Positions 24,501 through 31,976 are shown, counted from the first letter of the stretch. The stretch is 32,421 bases of DNA from an uncultured Planctomycetales bacterium (GCA_964553265.1 CAZKKD010000002.1:1-32421); one strand, 5' to 3'. Numbers and translations are program-made. Notes: a model not told the origin generated them from the letters alone.

Positions 24501-26217
24501 CCACCCGGACTACGCCGAGGGCGGCGGCGGCGCGCCGCGGGCGGCGGTGCAGGCGCCGCTCCTCCTGGAGCTGACGCACCCGGTGGAGGCGAAGCACGCC
24601 GGCAGCGCCGTCGAGGTCCACGCCGTGGCCGAGAGCGAGCTCAAGGCCGCCGAGGCCGCCGGCCGCGAGCCGACCAGCGTCAAGGTGCCGCTCATCATCC
24701 AGAGCCTGGAGTCGCTCGCGCAGCGCAAGGGCTACCCCATCCAGCTGCAGAGCAACCAGCGCCGCGGGCCGGAGGAGATGCTCACCGACGGCGTCTTCGC
24801 CGGGGTGATCCGCCTGCAGCTCGGCCAGCCCGGCGACCCGATCGACGACACGGTGGTCCGCCAGGACGCCGTCTTCGGCCCGACGGAGCGCCGCGACGCC
24901 GACGCCGACCCGGATCGCGTCCCGACCATCATCGTCAGCGGCTCCGACGTCGTGCGCCTGACCTACGTCGACGCCCAGACCCGGGAGCCCCTGGCCGAGA
25001 CCGCGGTCGACCTCCTCAGCGACGCGCGGATGGAGCTCCTCGACCGCAGCTACACCATCAACAAGGACACCATCTACCTCGGCGAGGCCTTCCACATCCG
25101 CCTGACCGACCCGGACCAGGACGTCTCCGACGAGCGCGACCGCGTCAGCGTCCGCATCCGCTCGAGCAGCGGGGACGAGGTCAACCTCGACCTGACCGAG
25201 ACCATGGGCCACACCGGCGTCTTCAGCAGCTACCTCCGGCCGGAGTACAAGACCCCCGGCCAGCAGGAGGTCAACAAGACCGACCAGACGCTGCAGGTGG
25301 ACTTCGGCGACGAGGTGACCTTCGACTTCGTCGACGAGAAGCCCCTCAGCGACACCCAGCCGATCCGGGTCACCCAGCAGGGCAAGATCCGCCTCGGCAC
25401 CGACGGGCAGGTCGCCAGCTTCTCCAAGCGCTTCAAGGACCCGGAGATGGCGGTGAAGACGCGTTTCCTCATGGCCGAGGCGCTCTTCGAGAAGGCCAAG
25501 GACCTCCGCAACCTCAAGCGCAAGGAGGAGTCCGAGGACGCCATCGTCGAGGGCAAGCGCATCCTGGAGGAGGCGCTGCGCGACTACCCGAACACCAGCC
25601 TCGCGGCGCAGGGCGAGTTCCTCCTCGCCAACCTCGCGCAGGAGAAGGAAGCCTACGACGAGGCGGTCGGCCGCTTCACCGAGGTGATCAACCGCTGGCC
25701 GGAAAGCGAGTACGCCGCCCGGTCGCAGTACCACAAGGGCATCTGCTACGAGAAGAAGGAAGAGTTTGACCAGGCGTGCGAGGAGTACGTCAAGCTCACC
25801 TATCTCTACCCGGACACGCCGCTGGTGCAGGACGCGACCGTGCGCCTGGGCAACTACTACTACACGATGAAGAAGTACGACACCGCCGGGCGCATCTTTC
25901 TCCAGTTCCAGAAGCGCTTCCCCGCGCACCGGCTGGCGGCGAAGGCGATGTTCCTCGCCGCGCAGTGCAAGATGAAGGTGGAGCAGTACAAGGCCGCGTC
26001 CGGGGTCTTCGCCGATCTCATCGAGACCTACAAGGACGACAACGACCTCCGCGCCGAGGCCATGTACTGGCAGGGCGAGTGCCTCTTCAAGGGGCGCGAC
26101 CTGATGGGCGCGTACCAGACGTTCAAGAAGCTGACCTGGGACTACCCGGCCACCAAGTGGGCGAAGATCGCCCGCGGCCGCCTGACCGAAGAAGTCTTCG
26201 CGCGCATCGAGGACTGA
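18568..26217 (+). CDS. Giant exported protein (2,549 aa): signal peptide, long all-alpha TPR/HEAT-like N-terminal region, central beta-rich region with acidic repeat modules and a PA14-like segment, C-terminal YbgF/BamD-type TPR array
   Basis: Frame of ORF 18367..26217 (+). The start is at MRYSETGFWNWLIAASLLILATAGAADA|GEF (ATG 18568), with GGAGGA 6 nt upstream. TPR-like stretches include AEAYYYLGLLSFRQEDFETARDYVAEVLKL. The C-terminus reads EYAARSQYHKGICYEKKEEFDQACEEYVKLTYLYPDTPLVQDATVRLGNYYY...AEAMYWQGECLFKGRDLMGAYQTFKKLTWDYPATKWA. Amino-acid composition is realistic, whereas the 2,602-aa antisense ORF is not. Confidence 0.9.
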   Translation: MRYSETGFWNWLIAASLLILATAGAADAGEFDQARAALDAGEYQKAEDLLEKELAKASPATEALEISMQAAMKSGRVVTAQKRVSALMKVKGTSDPDFVRQAAEIAQRAGEEANALQRYREYLRSNPPKSPELRVALVNMLKLDPDVAAYKLLVNQFGGAEQAWFIGANQLQRLFYEKRSGEGLELAAFLLAKYPDVDHVNFVHEQVSDAAQNHRITGGARDRFVKPLQVLLQSKPSTVEHLLYLFGEARQHAMKPDERLKAALKIQSLAGTPLPADAFEGFHDMRGLQSEADRVGAGQAFLKLDTIYKNSADPADYARYVRVITDSPEVFAIPGKPLLNAGAVQEMVQALVQKNAGQAAPYDHHIRQVAEHYIKDPGAKVAFLQRFAAGCPAQGPSVTMLMEVIPDQAFPPFAAAYAKQHGLQETVILKAQGLPIYKRLGDKAALLQAARDYVTTYPGSFDAKLVSENVLESDLLTPDEKLGLVEDVLRKGGPGNPARNLVGKLSPYKGNAKYQTVVELSKDEDGGTDPVMKTHARICAIAPNPRSPSKRVYDIAEAFLKTYQGAVPGGREQVTSTADATAHDIFVKHMEHVYENPGEIARCAKLWAPRLSMGSDWTRLVGRVRRLRGYETLNDIAPHFLALVEQDAKPDNELWTEMSFAQTPRGADQKTSVFAKVYERMGANNALRYVHDMNRGSWPPELYFFELSKVLTLPDIADASWGRIRSVSNEVTRRARNQKPPAELGQGLWAYYTSTRLSKDLRDLGFEAEVYAQLARGGNDQAAAAWLDQYRKLLDQRTPRGRVQALSNLLGYLPRERNNLQPGRQHHMAIKVIGPMLASLPADAHRMVYIRGSLLDAIEHYLKAAPPNEPERKTAEALQATIGDVLINGASCEDGRKALPCVRDAALAAAEKLDWDRLGRVNEALPRILGWSNDWNANVNIVVKPLADKLMEKGAHEFAYVLSSNLEKKTRMPGNVRENLTLIETEALGKMGVQLIDANKGSALYDLSMADHFYQRENVAKAWELARPKLNLVADNWQSLTQPFVAWLIDRMRKTREEDMMKDAVNLARTVLLKENELDKATAAQIYLSLGDVQRDRQNYQAARIEYESLRNNEALSATQAGSMAKFRLVELLILTQNYGDAELQLERLLDAADPETRAEAYYYLGLLSFRQEDFETARDYVAEVLKLEMYHAEARLLGAEIRLRMRDLGDPDVELTPALLADTIVPTKVLVLKLRDPNLGIVRAGSFVPVTVYTTKGRDSEEVKLFPSTSDPTLFRGEIRTDLGKATPGNTKLEVNGGDQVMYIISKDYQEANGLDFPAKELAIKADAHLAASSGEILTQEEEEKRELEARMRRLAGEQEDETALRDRVRDQRTIRPGSPIYLQVIDYDRDLGDETDTVTVTLKTSSGDILEGFSLKETEPHSAIFRAQAPTGLPLPKAEASDTREGGPPPAVLINTQRNEVWSSVPDGERPKSVEVDTMTSVQVEKVALQVADGTEIRKLRLEGSLIEGFQTIAAYPEETGGATGGLTLTLADGPKRGDTAIASLRSYLRANSDYKAPQQVSFYDRNSTPRRGNRWITAGVSGVFWMPQTETLEFKFLQEPSPGGMQTAYFLIDGKTVLGGKMDAFRINFTKRVTLEKGAHRLELLVRDYPSTSRVVVGYKQPDGTYAALPESWFSVTEHPELADALKPKASIQREGDTFTAVFNKPARLRKLRWTVDDYAGEAVAAKTFTVVADGGKTIVPAEDDFTSGTQNKTLEIAPGDRITVAYEDEKNTRGGDPVLTENLNASFYNGALELVKENIYTDERGERRTVLFHARRCKAGDQVLVRIEDWDLDVSDEREKVPFVARTSSGEELTLEALETGRDEEMHDHAGVFVQRLRFGDQTGGNTLKVQPGDTITVSYLDRENTDPGIPIDREAVVEEASGEDAFFTVYRTSIQMVPDESPAAQARLKRLAQELGEEEAKKVEILRPQIIAAHPDYAEGGGGAPRAAVQAPLLLELTHPVEAKHAGSAVEVHAVAESELKAAEAAGREPTSVKVPLIIQSLESLAQRKGYPIQLQSNQRRGPEEMLTDGVFAGVIRLQLGQPGDPIDDTVVRQDAVFGPTERRDADADPDRVPTIIVSGSDVVRLTYVDAQTREPLAETAVDLLSDARMELLDRSYTINKDTIYLGEAFHIRLTDPDQDVSDERDRVSVRIRSSSGDEVNLDLTETMGHTGVFSSYLRPEYKTPGQQEVNKTDQTLQVDFGDEVTFDFVDEKPLSDTQPIRVTQQGKIRLGTDGQVASFSKRFKDPEMAVKTRFLMAEALFEKAKDLRNLKRKEESEDAIVEGKRILEEALRDYPNTSLAAQGEFLLANLAQEKEAYDEAVGRFTEVINRWPESEYAARSQYHKGICYEKKEEFDQACEEYVKLTYLYPDTPLVQDATVRLGNYYYTMKKYDTAGRIFLQFQKRFPAHRLAAKAMFLAAQCKMKVEQYKAASGVFADLIETYKDDNDLRAEAMYWQGECLFKGRDLMGAYQTFKKLTWDYPATKWAKIARGRLTEEVFARIED

Positions 26218-26249
26218 CCCGGCGCCAGACCGCAAGGAGGAGGAGCGCA

Positions 26250-27854
26250 ATGACACGGACACCGACACGCACCCTTCATCGCCTCTGCCTGGCGGCGGTG
26301 GCCTGGGCCCTCTGCTTGGGGCTCGCGGCGCCGGCGGCGCGGGCGGACTGGAACTGGAAGCTCACCGGCGACCAGATCCAGCTGCTCACCGCGTTCGAGG
26401 AGCAGCAGTACAAGAAGGCGGAAAAGCTCGTCGATTCCCGCAAATTCGACGCCGCCGCCGCCGAGTTCGAGAAGTTCCGCGTCCGCTTCGAAGACTCCGA
26501 CCTCATCCCCTACGTCCTCTTCCTGCAGGCGCACAGCCTCCACAAGGCGGCCAAGCGCAACAATGCCATCCGCATGTACCAGCAGGTGATCGATTACTTC
26601 GGCTATGACATCAACGCCGCCGCCCCCGCCAAGTACTGGCAGGGCAAGGCCCACCTCGACAACGGCGACACCCTGAAGGGCCTGAAGGTGATGCAGCAGA
26701 TGGTGGAGCACCCGGACTACAAGTACCACCCCCTCGCCGCCGGCGCGCTGCGGTACCTCGCCGACAACCACTGGACCAAGGAAGAGTACGAGCCGGCCAT
26801 CCGCTACTACAAGCAGATCTGGGACGACTTCTACCGCGAGAACAAGCAGGCCGTCCAGCACGCCGAGAACATGATCATCGGCTGGTACGTCTGGCAGAAG
26901 GACTACGACGGCTTCGAGGACTGGTACGTCGGCGACGACGTCCGCGTCGGCAAGACCCGCCTGCAGATGGAGGCGGCCAAGCGCGCCTGGGACGTGGCGC
27001 ACCACGGCTTCGCCGGCGACTGGGGCGGCCGCTACCCCAACACCAGGATCCGCGAGAAGCGCGACGACATGGAGGCGTTCTACAAGTACTTCCAGCGCCG
27101 CCGCGAAGAGTTCGAGCGCTCGGCCAACATCTGGGACTGGTACGACCGCGCCATCCAGTTCACCGTCTACCGCCACGGCGGCCCGAACAACACGTACCGC
27201 GACGAGCTGATCGACGAGGCGCTCGCCTACATCGCCAAGCAGTACGACGGCGAACCGGAGCAGGCGAACAAGAAATACGTCTGGCTCGGCGACCGCCTGC
27301 GCGACATCAAGCAGTTCGAGAAGGCGAAGTTCTGCTACAGCAAGCTCACCGACCCCAACCTCTACGCCTGGAAGAGCTACGAGATGACCGGCCGCTACGA
27401 GGGCAAGTGGCAGGACGCGGTCAAGTTCCTCGAGCAGATCGAGGCCAGCGGCAACGAGGAGTGGGTGATGCGCGCCCAGCGCGAACACGCCAACGTCTTC
27501 AAGGACCGCCTCGGCAAGTACGACGAGGCGATCAAGCTCTACCGCATCATCAACGACCCGCCCTGGAGCATCTGGCAGATCGTCGACGCGCACCTGCGCG
27601 CCAAGCAGCACGAACAGGCCGTCACCCGCCTGCGCGAGATGGAAAACTTCTTCCCGAAGGAGGCCTCCCAGGCGGCCTACAAGATCGCGAAGATCAAGGA
27701 AGGCAACGGCGACAAGGACGGCGCCATCGCCAGCTGGCGGCGTATCCTCAAGGTCTACCCCGGCAGCCGCGAAGCCAGCCGCTCGCACCAGGACCTGGAG
27801 CGCTACGGCATCGAGACCGGCGGCGGCGTGATGGATGAAGCGGACCTCAAGTAA
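26250..27854 (+). CDS. Exported all-alpha TPR-like protein (534 aa)
   Basis: Frame of ORF 25776..27854 (+). The start is at MTRTPTRTLHRLCLAAVAWALCLGLAAPAARA|DWNW (ATG 26250), with AGGAGGAGGA upstream, 32 nt after the giant gene stop. It contains Trp/Tyr-rich helical repeats (YWQGKAHLDNGDTLKGLKVMQQMVEHPDY..., AAYKIAKIKEGNGDKDGAIASWRRILKVYPGSREA). Confidence 0.85.
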   Translation: MTRTPTRTLHRLCLAAVAWALCLGLAAPAARADWNWKLTGDQIQLLTAFEEQQYKKAEKLVDSRKFDAAAAEFEKFRVRFEDSDLIPYVLFLQAHSLHKAAKRNNAIRMYQQVIDYFGYDINAAAPAKYWQGKAHLDNGDTLKGLKVMQQMVEHPDYKYHPLAAGALRYLADNHWTKEEYEPAIRYYKQIWDDFYRENKQAVQHAENMIIGWYVWQKDYDGFEDWYVGDDVRVGKTRLQMEAAKRAWDVAHHGFAGDWGGRYPNTRIREKRDDMEAFYKYFQRRREEFERSANIWDWYDRAIQFTVYRHGGPNNTYRDELIDEALAYIAKQYDGEPEQANKKYVWLGDRLRDIKQFEKAKFCYSKLTDPNLYAWKSYEMTGRYEGKWQDAVKFLEQIEASGNEEWVMRAQREHANVFKDRLGKYDEAIKLYRIINDPPWSIWQIVDAHLRAKQHEQAVTRLREMENFFPKEASQAAYKIAKIKEGNGDKDGAIASWRRILKVYPGSREASRSHQDLERYGIETGGGVMDEADLK

Positions 27855-27913
27855 CGATTCGGAGCAGAGACGAAACCGGAAGATCCCCGGCCCGATACGG
27901 AAGGAGCCCTGCA

Positions 27914-30190
27914 ATGACGAAGCAACCGTTCTTCTCCGCGCGTTCCTGGCGGCCCGCCCTGGCGGCGGCGCTGCTGGTCGGCCTCCTGTCGAGCGGGCTG
28001 GCCCACGCGGCCGCCGGCCCCGGCGGCCGGCAGCGGCTGACCGAGGAGCAGAAGCAGGAGTTCCAGGCCAACGACATGATCCGCAAGGGGATGGACTACC
28101 TGGAGCAGAACCTCGAGGAGCAGGGCATCAAGCTCATCCGCGACGTGCCGCGGATGTACCCGAAGACCGAGGCCCGCTTCAAGGCCTACCTGGAGCTCGG
28201 CAAGTACCTCGTCGACAAGCGCCGCTTCGAGGAGGCGATCAAGAACCTCCGCGAGGTCAACGCCAGCGAGGACGCCGACCAGCGCGCCGAGGCCATCTAC
28301 CAGATCGGCATCTCCTACTACGGCCTCAACCAGTTCAGCCAGGCGTTCGCCTCGCTCCAGAAGGTGATCGACGAGTACCCCTGGAGCGTCTACGCCAACG
28401 AGGCGTACTACTACATCGGGCTCTGCCACTTCAAGCTCGAACGCTGGGCCAAGGCGATCGACGCCCTCCGCATGGTGGGCACCAGCGTCCCGCCCAAGGA
28501 GAAACTCGCCGAGGCCGCCGACGGCAAGTACCGCGCCGAGGCCGGGCAGCGCTTCTACATCCGCGTCTTCGACAAGGACCTCATCGTCCTGCCGCAGCTC
28601 GGCGAAGACCTGCCGGTGGATCTCGCAACGAAGAACGGCGACTCCGAGCGCATCATCCTGGAGAAGCTCGACCGCCAGGGCGAGTACTACATCGGTTCGC
28701 TCCCCAGCGGCCCGGGCAAGCCCAAGACCGGCGACGGCATCCTGCAGGTCGCCAGCGGGGATATCGTCAACGTCACCTACACGGACCGCAATACCGCCGA
28801 GGGCGAGCGCGACCGCAAGCTGCTCGCCCAGGCGCAGCTGGTCTCCACCGCGTCGGGCGGCTTCACCGACGGCGCCTTCAAGGAGTACGTCCAGGGCATT
28901 TATCTCGACGACGACTGCTTCATCCGCGTCCGCGATCTCGACCGCGACATCAGCGACGACCGCGACCGCCTGACCATCACCCTCACCACCGAATACGATC
29001 CCGACGAGGAGCGCCGCCAGGCCGAGGGCGAGGACGCCGCACCCGCCATCACCCGGGGGGTCGACCTGGACGCCGCGCCCGACTACGAGCAACGCGACCG
29101 CATCGAGATCGAGTTGGAGGAGACGGGCCCGCACACCGGCGTCTTCACCGGGGTCACCACCGTCAAGCCCATCACCGAGGGCGTGGAGGTGAGTTCCGGC
29201 GACACGGTGCTCCACGCGCGGCTCTCCGATCGACTGAAGCTGGAGTACATCGACGAGCTGCACATGCTCGACTACGAGCCCCGCCGCGTGGAGGTCACCT
29301 CCGCGCTGGTGACCGGCAGCCGCACCGACGTCCAGGTCACCAACAACATCGCCGACAACCTCGATCACGAGGCGCGCAAGAACCTGATCGAGTCGAAGCT
29401 CTATCTCGAGCTCGGCCGCATCTTCAAGGACGTTGGCCTCGACCAGAAGGCGGGCGAAAAGGCGCAGGAAGGCATCGACCGCGTCGACAGGATCATCGCC
29501 AATTACCTGAAGGATCTCCCCCTCGACCGCACCCTCGTCGAGGAGGCCTTCAGCGTCAAGTGGGAGCTTCTGCTGGTGCAGGACCGCCTCTCCGAGGCCA
29601 TCCGCGTCTGCCACACCCTCACCCAGGTCTTCCCGAAGACCAGCCTCGTCGACAAGGCCCTCTTCACCATCGGCAAGGCGAAGATGGAGGAGGACGGCCG
29701 CGACAGCGGGCGCGAGGCCATCGGCATCTTCACCAGCATCCTCCGCCTGCCGGAGAGCGACTACAAGGCCGAGGCGCAGTACCTCATCGGCCAGATCCAC
29801 GAAAAGGCCGCCATGGCCCGCATGGCCCAGACCGGCCAGCGCGACCGCCAGGCCCTCGGCCAGGCGCTCACCGCCTACCAGAAGTGCGCCGACACCTACC
29901 CCGACAGCCCGATGGCCGGGGAGGCGCTGGACAAGATCGCCAACTTCTACATCGAGGACAAGCAGTACCGCCGCGCGGTGGAGTTGTTCGAGCGCATCTT
30001 CCTCGAGCACCCGCACGCGGAGTGGCTGGACAAGATGCTCCTGAAGTGGGGCATCGCCGCCTACCGGATGAAGAATTTCCAGATGGCGCGCGAGAAGTTC
30101 GACCAGATCGTCGTCGAATACCCCTCCAGCCCCGAAGCGGCCAAGGCGCGGAAGTTCCTGCAGGTGGTGGAACGCAAGCTCGGCGGGTGA
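27914..30190 (+). CDS. Exported TPR / acidic beta-module / TPR protein (758 aa), a smaller architectural paralogue of the giant
   Basis: ORF 27914..30190 (+). AAGGAG lies 7 nt upstream. The signal peptide is MTKQPFFSARSWRPALAAALLVGLLSSGLAHA|AA. The N-terminal TPRs include AEAIYQIGISYYGLNQFSQAFASLQKVIDEYPWSVYANEAYYYIGLCHF. The modules are FYIRVFDKD... and CFIRVRDLDRDISDDRDRLTITL...IELEETGPHTGVF. The C-terminal TPRs include AEAQYLIGQIHEK... and PMAGEALDKIANFYIEDKQY. Confidence 0.88.
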   Translation: MTKQPFFSARSWRPALAAALLVGLLSSGLAHAAAGPGGRQRLTEEQKQEFQANDMIRKGMDYLEQNLEEQGIKLIRDVPRMYPKTEARFKAYLELGKYLVDKRRFEEAIKNLREVNASEDADQRAEAIYQIGISYYGLNQFSQAFASLQKVIDEYPWSVYANEAYYYIGLCHFKLERWAKAIDALRMVGTSVPPKEKLAEAADGKYRAEAGQRFYIRVFDKDLIVLPQLGEDLPVDLATKNGDSERIILEKLDRQGEYYIGSLPSGPGKPKTGDGILQVASGDIVNVTYTDRNTAEGERDRKLLAQAQLVSTASGGFTDGAFKEYVQGIYLDDDCFIRVRDLDRDISDDRDRLTITLTTEYDPDEERRQAEGEDAAPAITRGVDLDAAPDYEQRDRIEIELEETGPHTGVFTGVTTVKPITEGVEVSSGDTVLHARLSDRLKLEYIDELHMLDYEPRRVEVTSALVTGSRTDVQVTNNIADNLDHEARKNLIESKLYLELGRIFKDVGLDQKAGEKAQEGIDRVDRIIANYLKDLPLDRTLVEEAFSVKWELLLVQDRLSEAIRVCHTLTQVFPKTSLVDKALFTIGKAKMEEDGRDSGREAIGIFTSILRLPESDYKAEAQYLIGQIHEKAAMARMAQTGQRDRQALGQALTAYQKCADTYPDSPMAGEALDKIANFYIEDKQYRRAVELFERIFLEHPHAEWLDKMLLKWGIAAYRMKNFQMAREKFDQIVVEYPSSPEAAKARKFLQVVERKLGG

Positions 30191-30241
30191 CGACGGGAGC
30201 GAACCACCTCTCACAACCGTCCCGATCCGGGCGCGGTTGGG

Positions 30242-30271
30242 CCGGCGGCGCGAAAGACTCGGCGCCGCCGG
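30242..30271 (+). promoter_or_regulatory. Perfect 10-bp GC hairpin in the 169-nt spacer between the structural genes and exbB
   Basis: ccggcggcgc (30242-30251) pairs with gcgccgccgg (30262-30271) around the loop gaaagactcg. There is no U-tract afterwards, so it is more likely an RNA stability, processing or attenuation element than a strong terminator. Confidence 0.35.
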
Positions 30272-30359
30272 TGACAATAGGTAAGAGGAGAACGTGTCGC
30301 CGCCCGGGGGAACTGCCGGGTCGGCTCGGAAACGGATCCGGAAGGGCAAGGGAGCCAGC

Positions 30360-31010
30360 ATGTTACAGTACATCCTCGACGGCGGTTTCGTGATGTTTCC
30401 CCTCATGGTGCTCTCGGTGCTCGCCGTGGCCATCATCGTCGACCGCAGCCGCGCGTTCCGCCTCGCCCGGGCCGACAGCTCGGCCCTGCGCAAGGAGGTG
30501 ATCCGCCGGCTGGAGGAGGGCGAGATCGACGCCGCCATGCAGGCCTGCCAGAAGACCAAGGGCCCCGTCGCGGCCGTCCTCCTGGTGGGGCTGCACAAGT
30601 TCCGCCAGCTCGCCGCCCGCGGCCGCAAGCTGGCCGACATCGAGGAGGGCGTCAACAAGACCATGGCCGACTACGCCCCCCACGTCATCGAGGCCCTGGA
30701 GAAGCGCCTCAACCTGCTGGTGATGATCGGCAGCGTCGCGCCGCTCCTGGGCATGACGGGGACGGTCACCGGCATGATTGCCGCCTTCGCCGAGATGCGC
30801 GAGTCCGGCGTCCAGGGCGAGGCCGTCGCCGGCGGCATTTCCGAGGCGCTCATCACCACCGCCACCGGCCTCATCGTCGCCATGCCGGCGGTGGTGGCCT
30901 ACAACGTCTTCGCCAAGCGCGTCGACCGCTACGTGCTGGAGATCGAGGAGATGGCCACCAACCTCATCGACTTCATCACGCTGCAGCACAGTGACGGGGA
31001 CGAGGAATAG
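30360..31010 (+). CDS. exbB: MotA/TolQ/ExbB-family proton channel subunit (216 aa)
   Basis: Frame of ORF 30294..31010 (+). The start is preferred at MLQYILDGGFVMFPLMVLSVLAVAIIVDR (ATG 30360, GGAG 5 nt upstream). The conserved core is IGSVAPLLGMTGTVTGMIAAF...GGISEALITTATGLIVAMPAVVAYNVF. The stop is TAG. Confidence 0.9.
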   Translation: MLQYILDGGFVMFPLMVLSVLAVAIIVDRSRAFRLARADSSALRKEVIRRLEEGEIDAAMQACQKTKGPVAAVLLVGLHKFRQLAARGRKLADIEEGVNKTMADYAPHVIEALEKRLNLLVMIGSVAPLLGMTGTVTGMIAAFAEMRESGVQGEAVAGGISEALITTATGLIVAMPAVVAYNVFAKRVDRYVLEIEEMATNLIDFITLQHSDGDEE

Positions 31011-31043
31011 CCAGGCGCGCCGTCCGCGCCGGAAGGAGTCGCC

Positions 31044-31475
31044 ATGCGACTGAGCCGAAAGGATCGCGCCGACGCCGACATCGACGTCGGGTCGTTCTCC
31101 GACATCGCGTTCCTGCTCATCATCTTCTTCATTCTCACCTGCACCTTCCTCCGGCCCGCGGGCGAAGAGGTGCGGGTGCCGTCCGGCAAGTCCGACCCGG
31201 AACAGGACAGCAGCGAAAAGCAGCCCACCGTCAACGTCAACGCCGACGGCATCCTCTGGAATGGCGAGGTGGCGATGGATCTTGAGCGGCTCCAGGAGAA
31301 GCCCAACTCGCTCAAGCTCCACCAGGCCGACAAGGACAAGCGCTCCGTCATCCTCGACTGCGCCGACGAGGTGTCCTACCAGACCTACTTCGACGTCTGC
31401 ATGGCCATCACCAAGGCCGGCGGCGTGGTCGCCCTCATGGAGCACGACGAGGGCGGAGGAGGCGAGGGCCCATGA
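31044..31475 (+). CDS. exbD: ExbD/TolR-family subunit 1 (143 aa)
   Basis: ORF 31044..31475 (+), with a GAAGGAG RBS. The N-terminal TM carries the conserved Asp: DVGSFSDIAFLLIIFFILTCTF. A periplasmic domain and an acidic/Gly tail follow. Confidence 0.88.
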   Translation: MRLSRKDRADADIDVGSFSDIAFLLIIFFILTCTFLRPAGEEVRVPSGKSDPEQDSSEKQPTVNVNADGILWNGEVAMDLERLQEKPNSLKLHQADKDKRSVILDCADEVSYQTYFDVCMAITKAGGVVALMEHDEGGGGEGP

Positions 31476-31879
31476 AGGTCGACCGCAAGCGCAAGTACAA
31501 GCTGATGGTCCCCATCGCGTCGATGGGCGACATCGCGTTTCTGCTCATCATCTTCTTCGTCCTCACCAGCCAGTTCATGCAGGAGCAGAACATCGAGGCC
31601 AAGCCGCCCGAAAACCCCACCATCGAGGAGATGGAGCCCATCCCCATCAGCCTCATCGTCGACGAGGACGGGCAGATCTACCTCAACGGCAACCCCATCC
31701 CCGTCCAGATGGTCGAGCCGGGCGTCAGCGTGCTCGTCCAGGACGCGGAGGACAAGCGCGTGATGGTGAAGATCCACAAGGACCTCCCGCACAAGCTGTA
31801 CGGCGAGGTGATGAAGGGCCTGAGCGAGGCGGGCGCGCGCATCGTCCTCGTCGGCCGGAAGACCGAGGCGAAGCTCTGA
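31472..31879 (+). CDS. exbD: ExbD/TolR-family subunit 2 (135 aa)
   Basis: ORF 31472..31879 (+). It has an ATGA start/stop overlap with subunit 1. The TM is PIASMGDIAFLLIIFFVLTSQF. The periplasmic part is clearly diverged from subunit 1. Confidence 0.88.
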   Translation: MKVDRKRKYKLMVPIASMGDIAFLLIIFFVLTSQFMQEQNIEAKPPENPTIEEMEPIPISLIVDEDGQIYLNGNPIPVQMVEPGVSVLVQDAEDKRVMVKIHKDLPHKLYGEVMKGLSEAGARIVLVGRKTEAKL

Positions 31880-31890
31880 GCCGCCCGGTG

Positions 31891-31913
31891 CGCGCCCGGA
31901 GCGTCCGGACGCG
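31891..31913 (+). promoter_or_regulatory. GC-rich intercistronic hairpin between exbD2 and the Zn-ribbon TonB-like gene
   Basis: cgcgcccgga (31891-31900) pairs with tccggacgcg (31904-31913): 9 bp plus one C/A mismatch, with a 3-nt loop. Confidence 0.25.
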
Positions 31914-31976
31914 CGCGCGGGAACGCCAGACCGATCGCGACATCCTGTTGCGGAAGCGGAAGAACGGGGAGCCGAG

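Noticed and set aside
18460-26268. A 2,602-aa ORF on the minus strand, antisense to the giant gene
   Set aside because: Its composition is almost entirely G/A/R/V/L/H/D/E/P, with long low-complexity runs and no recognisable motifs, RBS or signal. This is the expected stop-free antisense frame of a GC3-rich gene. The plus-strand frame has a signal peptide, TPR motifs and balanced K/Y/F/N/W usage.
30294-30359. A GTG start at 30294 behind AAGAGGAG that would add 22 basic residues to ExbB
   Set aside because: SD-to-start spacing is only 3 nt. The ATG at 30360 has a normally spaced GGAG, and ExbB/TolQ homology starts there. It is kept only as an alternative.
27803-30664. A 953-aa minus-strand ORF opposite the 758-aa TPR gene and exbB. 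Similar cases are 3991..6744 (-) at 917 aa, 4014..6602 (+) at 862 aa and 26142..27914 (-) at 590 aa
   Set aside because: These have the same GC-shadow composition (Arg/Gly/Ala/Pro/Val rich). Each overlaps a gene with strong family motifs in another frame.
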